In this document: one piece after another, positions 37,448 through 48,561 of the stretch
How the letters are laid out: every line of letters begins with the position of its first letter
Numbering within the stretch: the stretch's first letter is position 1
Assembly (NCBI GenBank): GCA_002269645.1
Contig: NIVC01000612.1
Span: forward strand, 1 to 64,000
DNA: 64,000 nt
Source: Macrostomum lignano
Taxonomy: Eukaryota
Direction: 5' to 3'
Notes under the pieces: generated by a model
What the model was told of the DNA's origin: nothing
What the model saw: the letters and a program-made list of their open reading frames with translations, nothing else
Database searches by the model: none
Program-made: the position numbers and the translations under genes

Positions 37448-38019
37448 AGACCCTTCCATTTCTCAGTAAAAGATCTTATCTCTAATCTGCCCTTACGCTG
37501 CAGTACGAGTTGCGGTTTCAGTTATGATTTATTACTCTTGAGCAAGTTAGACAGATTGCTTATCTATCTGAGACAGAGGCTGCAATACTTGTAGCAATAT
37601 GCTCTTGAGAGTGGCTTGTACTCAGATTTTTTAGTCTGTTAAGTTTTGTTGTCAAGCCGACTGGGTACTGGAAGACAGAAGCTCCCGTATTTGAGCTTTG
37701 AAGTTCGGAATGTTCAAACTCGTATGTGGACTGAAGGACAGACCGGCTTCTTTGTTGGGCCTTGCGTTTGCAGAGTGCTTGTTGTTTGACAGTCAGTGAG
37801 TGAGTGAGTCAGTGAGTGAGTGAGTGAGTGAGTGAGTCAGTCAGTCAGTCAGTCAGTCAGTCAGTCAGTCAGTCAGTCAGTCAGTCAGTCAGTCAGTCAG
37901 TCAGTCAGTCAGTCAGTCAGTCAGTCAGTCAGTCAGTCAGTCAGTCAGTCAGTCAGTCAGTCAGTCAGTCAGTCAGTCAGTCAGTCAGTCAGTCAGTCAG
38001 TCAGTCAGTCAGTCAGTCA

Positions 38020-38062
<43 letters not shown>

Positions 38063-38885
38063 AGTCAGTCAGTCAGTCAGCCAGTCAGTCAGTCAGTCAG
38101 TCAGTCAGTCAGTCAGTCAGTCAGTCAGTCAGTCAGTCAGTCAGTCAGTCAGTCAGTCAGTCAGTCAGCCAGTCAGCCAGTCAGTCAGTCAGCCAGTCAG
38201 TCAGTCAGTCAGTCAGCCAGTCAGTCAGTCAGTCAGTCAGTCAGTCAGTCAGTCAGTCAGTCAGTCAGTCAGTCAGTCAGTCAGTCAGTCAGTCAGTCAG
38301 TCAGTCAGCCAGTCAGTCAGTCAGTCAGTCAGTCAGTCAGTCAGTCAGTCAGTCAGTCAGTCAGTTAGTCAGTCAGTCAGTCAGCTAGTCAGTCAGTCAG
38401 TCAGTCAGTCAGTCAGTCAGTCAGTCAGTCAGCCAGTCAGTCAGTCAGTCAGTCAGTCAGTCAGTCAGTCAGTCAGTCAGTCAGTCAGTCAGTCAGTCAG
38501 TCAGTCAGTCAGTCAGTCAGTCAGTCAGTCAGTCAGTCAGTCAGTCAGTCAGTCAGTCAGTCAGTCAGCCAGTCAGTCAGTCAGTCAGTCAGTCAGGCAG
38601 GCAGGCATTTAGTGCCCGAGAACTTTTAAAACTTCCCCCACGCAACCCCCTAAACTCCTTTAGCAGAGTGAGGCGGGGCGGTCGAGGGCCCCTGCCTGAG
38701 AAGCCTGACAAATGATTCACAAGAATGTTGCGACAACTATTGCAGCCTGTTCTGTCTCCAGATAGATAAGCAATCTTAAGCCTTACTAACGAGCTATGAT
38801 ATTATTTCATGGTTCCAACAAGTAATAAATCATAACTGAAACCGGCAACGCGCTAGATCCTTTACTGAGTAACATTAAAGGGTTT
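37448..38885. repeat. Imperfect inverted repeat pair: arm 1 ~37448-37607, arm 2 ~38720-38885
   Basis: Shared reverse-complement blocks TATTGCAGCC, AGATAGATAAGCAATCT and AGTAATAAATCATAACTGAAACC. Confidence 0.8.
37791..38596. repeat. (AGTC)n microsatellite, reverse complement of the (GACT)n tract
   Basis: Tetranucleotide run. Confidence 0.97.
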
Positions 38886-38991
38886 TGTCGTGGAGATCGG
38901 GAACTAGAACCTGGAGTTCCAACTCTTTTAGTCTGGAAAGACCCCACATATAGGATTTCCGATTCTCAATCTCAACTAACTCGGAATAATT

Positions 38992-39094
38992 TGTGTCCTT
39001 ATTGAGCAAGACACTTAACTCTGCATTGCTTCAGTTCACCCAGCTGTAAAATGGGTGCCAGCAATAGCTGGGGTAATCGAGGCTGTGTGGCGAC
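38992..39094 (+). mobile_element. CORE-SINE-like fragment
   Basis: TGTGTCCTTATTGAGCAAGACACTTAACTC...CTTCAGTTCACCCAGCTGTAAAATGGG resembles the MIR/CORE domain as I recall it; inverted copy at 40250-40420. Confidence 0.6.
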
Positions 39095-39244
39095 CTCTAA
39101 AATTTTCTCACAAAAACTCACACTTGACACTTCTTTGTCAGGACTAATTAACGGGGCGCAGAAGCCGCTGGTGCAGTAAACCATGGCCAGGTCAGTCTAG
39201 GCTGGAAAGCAATCGAGTGCGATCTCGCGATGAATTTAATAGGC

Positions 39245-39303
39245 CGCAGATAGACAGAAGGACAGATACACAGACAGACAGACAGACAGACAGGCAGACA
39301 GGC

Positions 39304-39392
<89 letters not shown>

Positions 39393-39393
39393 C

Positions 39394-39474
<81 letters not shown>

Positions 39475-39610
39475 GACAGACAGACAGACAGACAGACAGG
39501 CACACAGACAGACAGACAGACAGACAGGCACACAGACAGACAGACAGACAGACAGACGACAGACAGACAGACAGACAGACAGGCAGACAGGCAGACAGGC
39601 AGAGACAGCC

Positions 39611-39653
<43 letters not shown>

Positions 39654-39662
39654 GACAGCCAG
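39245..39662. repeat. (GACA)n microsatellite, degenerate
   Basis: Tetranucleotide run. Confidence 0.95.
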
Positions 39663-40249
39663 ACACACTATCAAGAGCACAGATGACTATCTACGAGTCA
39701 AAAGGATCCGGCACCAGACAGATGACGACACAGACAGAGTTGGAAAACAGGACCAGAATGCCTGCATGCGAATGCTGAAAGACTTCAGACAAAGGGTTTG
39801 TCCGACAACTGGATCTGTCAAATTCTCTATAGCAGGCGCAGGCGGGCCCCGCCGCTGGTACGGCACAGGCATGGTTTAACACTGATGTCGGCACGTGTTT
39901 GACAGAGCTGAAAGCCAAATCTGTCGGCTGACAGAAGTGCGTGCGTGATTGTGACAAGTGAGGCTGATACGAGACCAGAAAAGCGGCCAATTCAGGCTCA
40001 TAGCAGCAGCAGATTGACACAAATCGAGATAATTGCTGAGCATTTTTTTGCTCACTATAATTAGTACCAGCAATTCTTTGTTTCCAAATATTTTTTTATT
40101 TCAAGCAAAATTCAATGATTTAAAAAATGCATAAAAACTTACTTAGGCTACTTAGAGTAGGGTCGTAAACATGTAATAATATTTTCTTTTGCACCAATAG
40201 GTAGATAATAATACAATGATAATTGATTACACCTGCCCGCAGCTATTGC

Positions 40250-40420
40250 GCGGCGCATCTGAAGGCTGCGTACGGCTGTTCAGTCCAAGGACTGGGGGGG
40301 GGGGGCTCGCCACACACACAGCCTCAATTACCCCAGCTAATGCTGGCACTCATTTTACAGTTGGGTGAACTGAAGCCTTTCAGTCGTGAGTTGGACGCTC
40401 TAACTACTGGGCTACAACCA
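40250..40420 (-). mobile_element. tRNA-headed CORE-SINE-like element, internally deleted
   Basis: Minus strand begins with tRNA-like GTAGCCCAGTAGTTAGAGCG (A-box-like) and joins a ~75-bp segment matching 39025-39094, followed by an AT-rich tail. Confidence 0.55.
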
Positions 40421-40949
40421 TAAAATCGCAATTCGTCAGTTTGTCATGGCAACTGCAATCGATCGTAACTGCCTTCTGTTTTAGCTCAGAATCTTTGAAT
40501 TTGATTGATAGATAGCATTGTCTAAGTTTTTTTACCGAAGGCTTCTTTGATTGCTGCTTTGTGTTGGGCCCTATTGTTCTCAGGCATCGGTAGTTTCTAT
40601 AACTATTGAGGGTGCTTGCTGCTTCTTAATTGGGTAGCCTGGGCCAGAAGATTGGGATGCATTTCACAAAAGACAATTGAAAGTGCAAGTGCTGTGTTGA
40701 GAGCACTAGTATTGAAGAGAATTGAGAAGAGGCAGGAGAGAGGGATATTGAGGAAAACTTGTTTGTAAAAAGAGACGAAACGAAAGAAACCAGGAAAAAG
40801 GGAGGGATGGAGAGAGGGGGAGTGGAGAATCCTCAACCCCCCTCCACCCAAGCACCTGGAAGTTGGTAACGCAGGTGCTTACATGTCAGCGAAGTGAGTG
40901 CCAATATTTTGAATATTTTATATTATTTCTCTGGGCTAATGCTTCGTAA

Positions 40950-41130
40950 GAGGAGAGGAGAGAAGAGAAGAGGAGAGAAGAGAAGAGGAGAGAAGAGAAG
41001 AGGAGAGAAGAGAAGAGGAGAGAAGAGAAGAGGAGAGAAGAGAAGAGGAGAGAAGAGAAGAGGAGAGGAGAGGAGAGAGAGAGATAAGAGGAGAGGAGAG
41101 AAGAGAGGGGAGGAGGAGAGAGAAAGGAGA
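40950..41130. repeat. (GAGAAGAGAAGAGGA)n purine microsatellite
   Basis: Direct periodicity; complement-type tract at 62600-62780. Confidence 0.9.
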
Positions 41131-41586
41131 TTAGAGCAGAGAGAATCAAGAGGCTGCAGTTCTAATGAATTCCAGCTAGTTTGATATTTGACTCAGTCCT
41201 CAAGCCCCTGAGCAAACTGCAGTTATGACACCAATCAGCACAGCACGACTTCAGAGCAAACCTCGCCTCCCGTGTGTTTGGTCAGCCGGTCTCACGAACT
41301 GGAAATTGGATTGCGCAGAATCGCTGCCGCGGCTGCAGCAGAGCCCAACCAATACGTATTTGAGTTTTAGAGGGTTACAATTGGAATCAATTATTCAACA
41401 GATTTGTTCAAGCTAGAGAGATTATTCTTGCTGAGCAGAAATTCCCAGACCGAGTTGATTGCTTGCGAGTTGACAGGTCGTATACTGTTAAGGAACGAAG
41501 ATTGGGCGTGGTTTTGAGGTTGCAGAAAAATCGGTTGACATGAGTTTGGGGAGGATTTGCTTTAGAACTTTCGGGTTAAAAAGCGC

Positions 41587-42645
41587 AGACAGACACTCAG
41601 GCAGACACTGAGACAGATACTGAGACAGACACTCAGACAGACACTGAGACAGATACTGAGACAAACACTGAGACAGACACTCAGACAGACACTGAGACAG
41701 ACACTCAGACAGACACTTAGGCAGACACTGAGACAGACACTCAGACAGACACTGAGACAGACACTGAGACAGACACTGAGACAGACACTGAGACAGACAC
41801 TGAGACAGACACTGAGACAGACAATGAGACAGACACTGAGACAGACACTGAGACAGACACTGAGACAGACAATGAGACAGACAATGAGACAGACACTCAG
41901 ACAGACACTGAGACAGACACTGAGACAGACACTCAGACAGACACTGAGACAGACACTGAGACAGACACTCAGACAGACACTGAGACAGACACTCAGACAG
42001 ACACTGAGGCAGACACTGAGACAGACACTGAGACAGACACTCAGACAGACACTGAGACAGACACTGAGACAGACACTGAGACAGACACTGAGGCAGACAC
42101 TGAGACAAACACTGAGACAGACGCTAAGAGGCAGACACTGAGACAGACACTGAGACAAACACTGAGACAGACACTCAGACAGACACTGAGACAAACACTG
42201 AGACAGACACTCAGACAGACACTGAGACAGACACTCAGACAGACACTGAGACAGACACTCAGACAGACACTGAGACAGACACTCAGACAGACACTGAGAC
42301 AGACACTCAGACAGACACTCAGACAGACACTGAGACAGACACTGAGACAGACACTGAGGCAGACACTGAGACAAACACTGAGACAGACGCTAAGAGGCAG
42401 ACACTGAGACAGACACTGAGACAAACACTGAGACAGACACTCAGACAGACACTGAAACAAACACTGAGACAGACGCTAAGAGGCAGACACTGAGACAGAC
42501 ACTGAGACAAACACTGAGACAGACACTCAGACAGACACTGAGACAAACACTGAGACAGACACTCAGACAGACACTGAGACAGACACTCAGACAGACACTG
42601 AGGCAGACACTGAGACAGACACTGAGACAGACACTGAGACAGACA
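41587..42645. repeat. 12-bp minisatellite (GAGACAGACACT)n with internal block duplications
   Basis: Direct periodicity; variant block GACGCTAAGAGGCAG recurs at ~42120, 42387, 42475. Confidence 0.95.
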
Positions 42646-42809
42646 TTGTGGAAGGCTCTGAGACTGAAAGCCTCACAGCAGCTCACAGCCAGGCTGACCA
42701 ATGAGAATCCATGCGGTTGCTAAGCAGCTCAGAACTCTCTGCTGCAGTAGAAAAGCACACAGCGGGCCCCCAACCCCAGCAGCAGAAGACAGACAGACAG
42801 ACCAGCGCC

Positions 42810-45800
42810 ATGGACTCAAAGCAATCCGACCAGCCCCATACCGCGGCCCCGTCAGCAACTCCGCAGAGCCGGTTGCAGCAGGCCGCGGCAGAGGCGGTGG
42901 CCCGCAGCCGACTGCGCAGGCAGCTGATTGAGTTCACCAAGGAGACTTCGCTGCCAGGGGTGAGCCAGGCCGGTCTGAGCAGCGGCCGCGGCCTGGTGTG
43001 GACCGGCCTCCTCTCTCTGTCACTGGTGGCTCTCATCGTGCACCTGTGTATCATTGTGACCGTCTACCTGCGCTACAGCACCACCACCAGTTCGAGCTAC
43101 GACCAGCCGTTCCAGTGGCCGGATGTGACCCTGTGCAACCTGGTGCCGCTGTCGGTCAGCGCGGTGAACGAGCATCTGGCTGAAGCTCCGACTTCGCCAT
43201 CGAACAGTCTCGGCCGGTTCTTCGACGCTCTGCCAGCGCTGGCCGAGTCAATTTCGGCCGCCAACGGGCCGGACGTGACCAACTCGCAGAGTCTGCGCGA
43301 GCTGATGACGCGATCAAGGAACCTGACACCGGTTGAGCACAAGCTGGCAAACAGCCTGCTGAGCTGCAATTATCGAGGCGTCCAGTGTCCGACTGACTCC
43401 ATCAAGCAAACCTACGTGCCCCGGTTCCACACCTGCTTCACCGTGAGCATCGGATCGGCTGGCGGCAGCTCGGGCACCCTGGCTGATGACGACTTCCTAG
43501 ACATGATGCTGTTTGTTGAGAGCGGCGTGCTGAGCTACTGGGATCGGAGAACTCTCGCGGATTTCTCACCGGCTGGCAAAGTGTTTGTCCACGCTCGGGG
43601 CTCCTACCCGGATGTGGAGGACATCCTGGACTTGCCAACTGGAGCATGGGTGATGCTGGGCCTTCGCTACACTGAGAGACACAATTTCGAGGGCCGGTGC
43701 GCCAAGTACCAGGGCGAAGTGAAGTTTTCCACACCGTCTGGGGAGAAGCTCTTTACCTGTGAGCGGGGAGCAGGATCAGCTACCTTATTGGCTATTTTTT
43801 TTGTCAAGCGTGTCTTTTACGTTTCTGATGATTTTGCTGTATGCTTGCAGATTTCTGGTCTTTCCCTCTACCCCTCTTTCCCTCTACCCCTCTTTCCCTC
43901 TACCCCCTCTTTCCTTCTACCCCCTCTTTCCCTCTAACCCCTCTTTCCCTCTACCCCTCTTTCCCTCTACCCCTCTTTCCCTCTAACCCATCTTTCCTTC
44001 TAACACCTCTTTCCCTCTACCCCTCTTTCCCTCTACCCCTCTTTCCCTCTAACCCCTCTTTCCCTCTACCCCTCTTTCCCTCTACCCCTCTTTCCCTCTA
44101 CCCCTCCTTCCCTCTACCCCTCTTTCCATCTACCTCTCTTTCCCTCTACCCCTCTTTCCCTCTACCCCTCTTTCCCTCTAACCCCTCTTTCCCTCTACCC
44201 CTCTTTCCCTCTACCCCTCTTTCCCTCTACCCCCTCTTTCCCTCTACCCCTCTTTCCCTCTACCCCCTCTTTCCTTCTACCCCTTCTTTCCTTCTGCCCC
44301 CTCTTTCCTTCTACCCGTCTTTCCCTCCACTCATTCTTTTCCTCTAGTCCTCTTTCTCTCTTTCCTCAGCCAATGATTTTTACTAACAGATCGGCAAGGA
44401 TTTAGTGGGTGCCAGATTGGCAACAATAGCAGTGGTTAGTAAAAGATTCACAGAGTCTTACTTACCAAAATAACCTGGCCCGCTAACTGTTTTGTCGCAG
44501 TTAATTGAACACACAAAACCCTGCTACTTGAAACGGAATTGAAGTCTGTTTGCGTTAAGTGCCCAACTAAGGCCTGGACAAATATTGACACTACTACGAC
44601 GTATGCTGTTAGCTGCTAGCTGAGCCGAAATGTTATAATTATGAGACTTTATAGAGACGTGATACTGAATTATTTATACGAATCGATTGATACACAATTT
44701 GCTAAGGTTGCCGGTGCTTTAATTTTTACAAAACAGCCAGTGTTAAAAAACTGAAAAACAAGACTTCTTTGACTCAGCGAACGAGAGGCAAATTCGATTT
44801 GCAAATAGAAATTCCAATAAGAAAGTAAATGAAAATACAGTAGAAAGCGGGAGAGGGTGGGAGAGAGCGGGAGAGGGTGGGAGAGGGTGGGAGAGAGCGG
44901 GAGAGGGTGGGAGAGGGTGGGAGAGAGCGGGAGAGAGCGGGAGAGGGTGGGAGAGGGTGGGAGAGGGTGGGAGAGGGTTGGAGAGAGCGGGAGAGTGCGG
45001 GAGAGAGCGGGAGAGAGTGGGAGAGGGTGGGAGAGGATGGGAGAGGGTGGGAGAGAGCGGGAGAGAGCGGGAGAGAGCGGGAGAGGGTGGGAGAGAGCGG
45101 GAGAGAGCGGGAGAAAGCGGGAGAGAGCGGGAGAGAGCGGGAGAGAGCGGGAGAGAATGGGAGAGAGCGGGAGAGGGTGGGAGAGAGCGGGAGAGAGCGG
45201 GAGAAAGCGGGAGAGAGCGGGAGAGAGCGGGAGAGGGTGGGAGAGAGCGGGAGAGAGCGGGAGAGAGCGGGAGAGAGCGGGAGAGAATGGGAGAGAGCGG
45301 GAGAGGGTGGGAGAGAGCGGGAGAGAGCGGGAGAGAGCGGGAGAGGGTGGGAGAGAGCGGGAGAGAGCGGGAGAAAGCGGGAGAGAGCGGGAGAGAGCGG
45401 GAGAGAGCGGGAGAGAATGGGAGAGAGCGGGAGAGGGTGGGAGAGAGCGGGAGAGAGCGGGAGAAAGCGGGAGAGAGCGGGAGAGAGCGGGAGAGGGTGG
45501 GAGAGAGCGGGAGAGAGCGGGAGAGAGCGGGAGAGAGCGGGAGAGAGTGGGAGAGAGCGGGAGAGAGTGGGAGAGAGCGGGAGAGAGCGCGAGAGAGCGG
45601 AAGAGGGTGGGAGAGAGCGGGAGAGGGTGGGAGAGAGCGGGAGAGAGCGGGAGAAAGCGGGAGAGAGCGGGAGAGGGTGGGAGAGAGCGGGAGAGGGTGG
45701 GAGAGAGCGGGAGAGAGCGGGAGAGAACGGGAGAGGGTGGGAGAGAGCGGAAGAGAGCAGGAGAGAGCGGAAGAGGGTGGGAGAGAGCGGGAGAGAGCGG

Positions 45801-48507
45801 GAGAGAGCGGGAGAGAGCGGGAGAGAGCGGGAGAGAGCGGGAGAGAGCGGGAGAGAACGGGAGAGGGTGGGAGAGAGCGGGAGAGAGCAGGAGAGAGCGG
45901 GAGAGAGAGGGAGAGGGTGGGAGAGAGCGGGAGAGAGCGGGAGAGAGCGGGAGAGAGCGGGAGAGAGCGGGAGGGGGTATGAGAGGGTGGGAGAGAGCGA
46001 GAGAGAGCGGGAGAGAGTGGGAGAGGATGGGAGAGGGTGGGAGAGAGCGGAAGAGAGCGGGAGAGAGCGGGAGAGAGCAGGAGAGAGCGGGAGAGGGTGG
46101 GAGAGAGCGGGAGAGAGAGGGAGAGGGTGGGAGAGAGCGGGAGAGAGCGGGAGAGAGCGGGAGAGAATGGGAGAGAGCGGGAGAGAGCGGGAGGGGGTAT
46201 GAGAGGGTGGGAGAGAGCGAGAGAGAGCGGGAGAGAGTGGGAGAGGATGGGAGAGGGTGGGAGAGAGCGGAAGAGAGCGGGAGAGAGCGGGAGAGAGCAG
46301 GAGAGAGCGGGAGAGGGTGGGAGAGAGCGGGAGAGAGCGGGAGATAAAGGGAGAGTGTGGGAGAGAGCGGGAGAGAGGGCGAGAGGGCGAGAGATAAAGG
46401 GAGAGAGCGGGAGAGAGCGGGAGAGAGGGCGAGAGGGCGAGAGATAAAGGGAGAGTGTGGGAGAGGGTGGGAGAGAGGGCGAGAGGGCGAGAGATAAAGG
46501 CAGAGAGCGGGAGAGGGTGGGAGAGAGGGTGAGAGGGCGAGAGATAAAGGGAGAGATTGAAGAGTTTGCTTTAAACAGTCATAAAAGTTATAGTCCCCAT
46601 ATTGTCCTCTGGCTAATGGCTTTGGCGACTGAGGAAAACAATCGATAAAGGTGGGACCCGCAGTTGTGAGGCATTAAATGAGTTCTCGGGTCACAAAGCA
46701 CTCAGAATCTCTCAGTAATGTGCATTAATTAATTTGTGTTTGTACTCTTTTGCCAACGCATAGGACAAACGGGAAATTAAATAACTTGGTTAATCAAAGA
46801 ACATCAATTAGGAAGATTGATTTGAGGAAGCAGCACCATCTGCCGTTGGAGTGATGCAAATCCCAAATTCCGCCACAGAAATCAATGCCGCAATATTCTC
46901 GATACAATTTGTGCCTCGTAAAATGAAACTGGTATCGACGTCTCACTCCTTAAAGTCCTTCCAATACACCTTATACTGTTCCCCACATTCCACACAGCCG
47001 TTCCCACACCAAAGTCTCTAAATTTTAACTTTAGAAAGCTCACTGCATTGCACCTGCACTTAACCACCAACCAGTACCCAACACAATCAACCCCACATCC
47101 TCCAACCCACACCCCTCACCCCAAAACCTTGCTCCCCACACCCCGAACCCACACCCTCCACCCCACACCCTCTGACCCACACCCTCCAGGCCACCAATTC
47201 ACCCCTCAGCAACGACTCCCTGAACTCCCCGCCCGCAGCTCCATCCGACCGTCGCTCCTGCCTGGAGTCCAGCATCCAAGCCGAGCTTATCCGTCAGTGT
47301 GGCTGCATCAGCGAGAAGTTCCGCCGCTTCGATGCCCATCCTGGCCAGCCGGGCTGCCACTCGGTCGGCAACGCCTCGTCGGGGTCGGCCAGCACCGAGG
47401 ACCGCGCCAGGGCCGCCTGCCACGGCCGGGTGTTGCCGCAGGCGCTGGAGGCGGCCGGCACCGAGTGTCGAATCGACTGCCTCGAACGGGACTGGGCGAT
47501 ACGGGTGTCGCCGCACGTCTGGCCGAAGCTCGACGCCTCCGTAACGGCCCTGTTCGACGCTTACGCCGAACCGGCTGTGCGACTTCGAGGATTCGATCCC
47601 AGGCTCCTGCTGGTGCGCTGGACTCTGGCAGCATTGGAGTGCTGACGAACCCCATACTCTGAACACCATACTATGAACCCCACACTCTGAAACCCACACT
47701 CGGAACCCAATGCTCTGAACCCAATACTCTGAACCCCACACTCTGAACCCCATACAATTAACCAAAAACGTGAGCTGACATTCTTTTACACTGTAATCTA
47801 AACACTTCATTTCCCACACACCCATTCCCCACACCCCCTTCCCCACACCCCCATTCCCCACACACCCATTCCCCACACACCAATTTCCCACACCCTATTC
47901 CCCACACACCCCCATTCCACACACCCCATTCCACACACCCCATTCCCCACACCCCATTCCCCACACCCCATTCCCCACACCCCATTCCACACACCCCCAT
48001 TCCCCACACCCCCATTCCCCACACCCATTCCCCACACCCCCATTTCCCACACACCCATTCCACACACCCATTCCCCACACACCCATTCCCCACACCCCCA
48101 TTCCCCACACACCCATTCCCCACACACCCATTCCCCACACCCCCATTTCCCACACCCCCATTCCCCACACTACGATCTAATTCCCCACCCCACCACTTAA
48201 TCCCCAGGTGAACGGCACCACAAATGTGACCACCCTGGACGCCAAATCTCAGTTAGAATTTGTTCAGCGCAGTTTCCTACGCATCACGGTGAACCCAACA
48301 AGTACCATTGGGCTCCGTATTGATGAAAGCCTGGTTTACACTGCCGGAAACCTGCTCTCGGATCTGGGAGGAATCCTCGGCCTCTACCTGGGATTCAGCA
48401 TCGTGTTCATCTACGAGATCGCATTCCTGCTGGTGAAGCTGGTGCGCGACTCACGTGCTGGAGGCGGTGGCGCGGTCGGGACCGCCGATTCTAAGAGCTC
48501 CTGTTGA
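42810..48507 (+). CDS. DEG/ENaC (amiloride-sensitive sodium channel superfamily) subunit, ~540 aa; exons 42810-43758, 47239-47612, 48208-48507
   Basis: gccATGG start; TM1 (GLVWTGLLSLSLVALIVHLCIIV), post-TM1 WPDVTLCNLVP, thumb CLESSIQAELIRQCGC...ECRIDC, TM2 LLSDLGGILGLYLGFSIVFIYE. Junctions T|gtgagc..cgcag|CT and CTG|gtgcgc..cccag|GTG give 1623 open nt. An alternative exon 2 acceptor at 47190 is possible. Confidence 0.9.
43858..44370. repeat. 16-bp pyrimidine minisatellite (TTTCCCTCTACCCCTC)n
   Basis: Period 43861 to 43877 to 43893. Confidence 0.93.
44845..46555. repeat. 10-bp purine-rich minisatellite (GGGAGAGAGC)n, 1.7 kb
   Basis: Direct periodicity; explains the ERERAGESGR ORFs. Confidence 0.97.
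47650..47755. repeat. Short degenerate repeat (TCTGAACCCCATAC-like)
   Basis: About 6 units at the start of ENaC intron 2. Confidence 0.75.
47808..48170. repeat. C-rich 14-15-bp minisatellite (CCCCACACCCCCATT)n
   Basis: Direct periodicity up to the exon 3 acceptor region. Confidence 0.9.
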
Positions 48508-48561
48508 AGGATTTACTATTACTATGGCAATTACTATGAAAAATATTAAACTGAAAAACTT

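Noticed and set aside
40394-40420. tRNA gene
   Set aside because: Only a 5' A-box-like fragment; no anticodon arm, T-arm or B box; treated as a SINE head
42711-42809. Upstream in-frame ATG extending the ENaC N-terminus
   Set aside because: Extension includes a (GACA)n remnant; ATG 42810 has a stronger Kozak context (gccATGG)
44857-46447. RE/G-rich 340-500-aa ORFs resembling SR-type proteins
   Set aside because: 10-bp purine minisatellite inside ENaC intron 1
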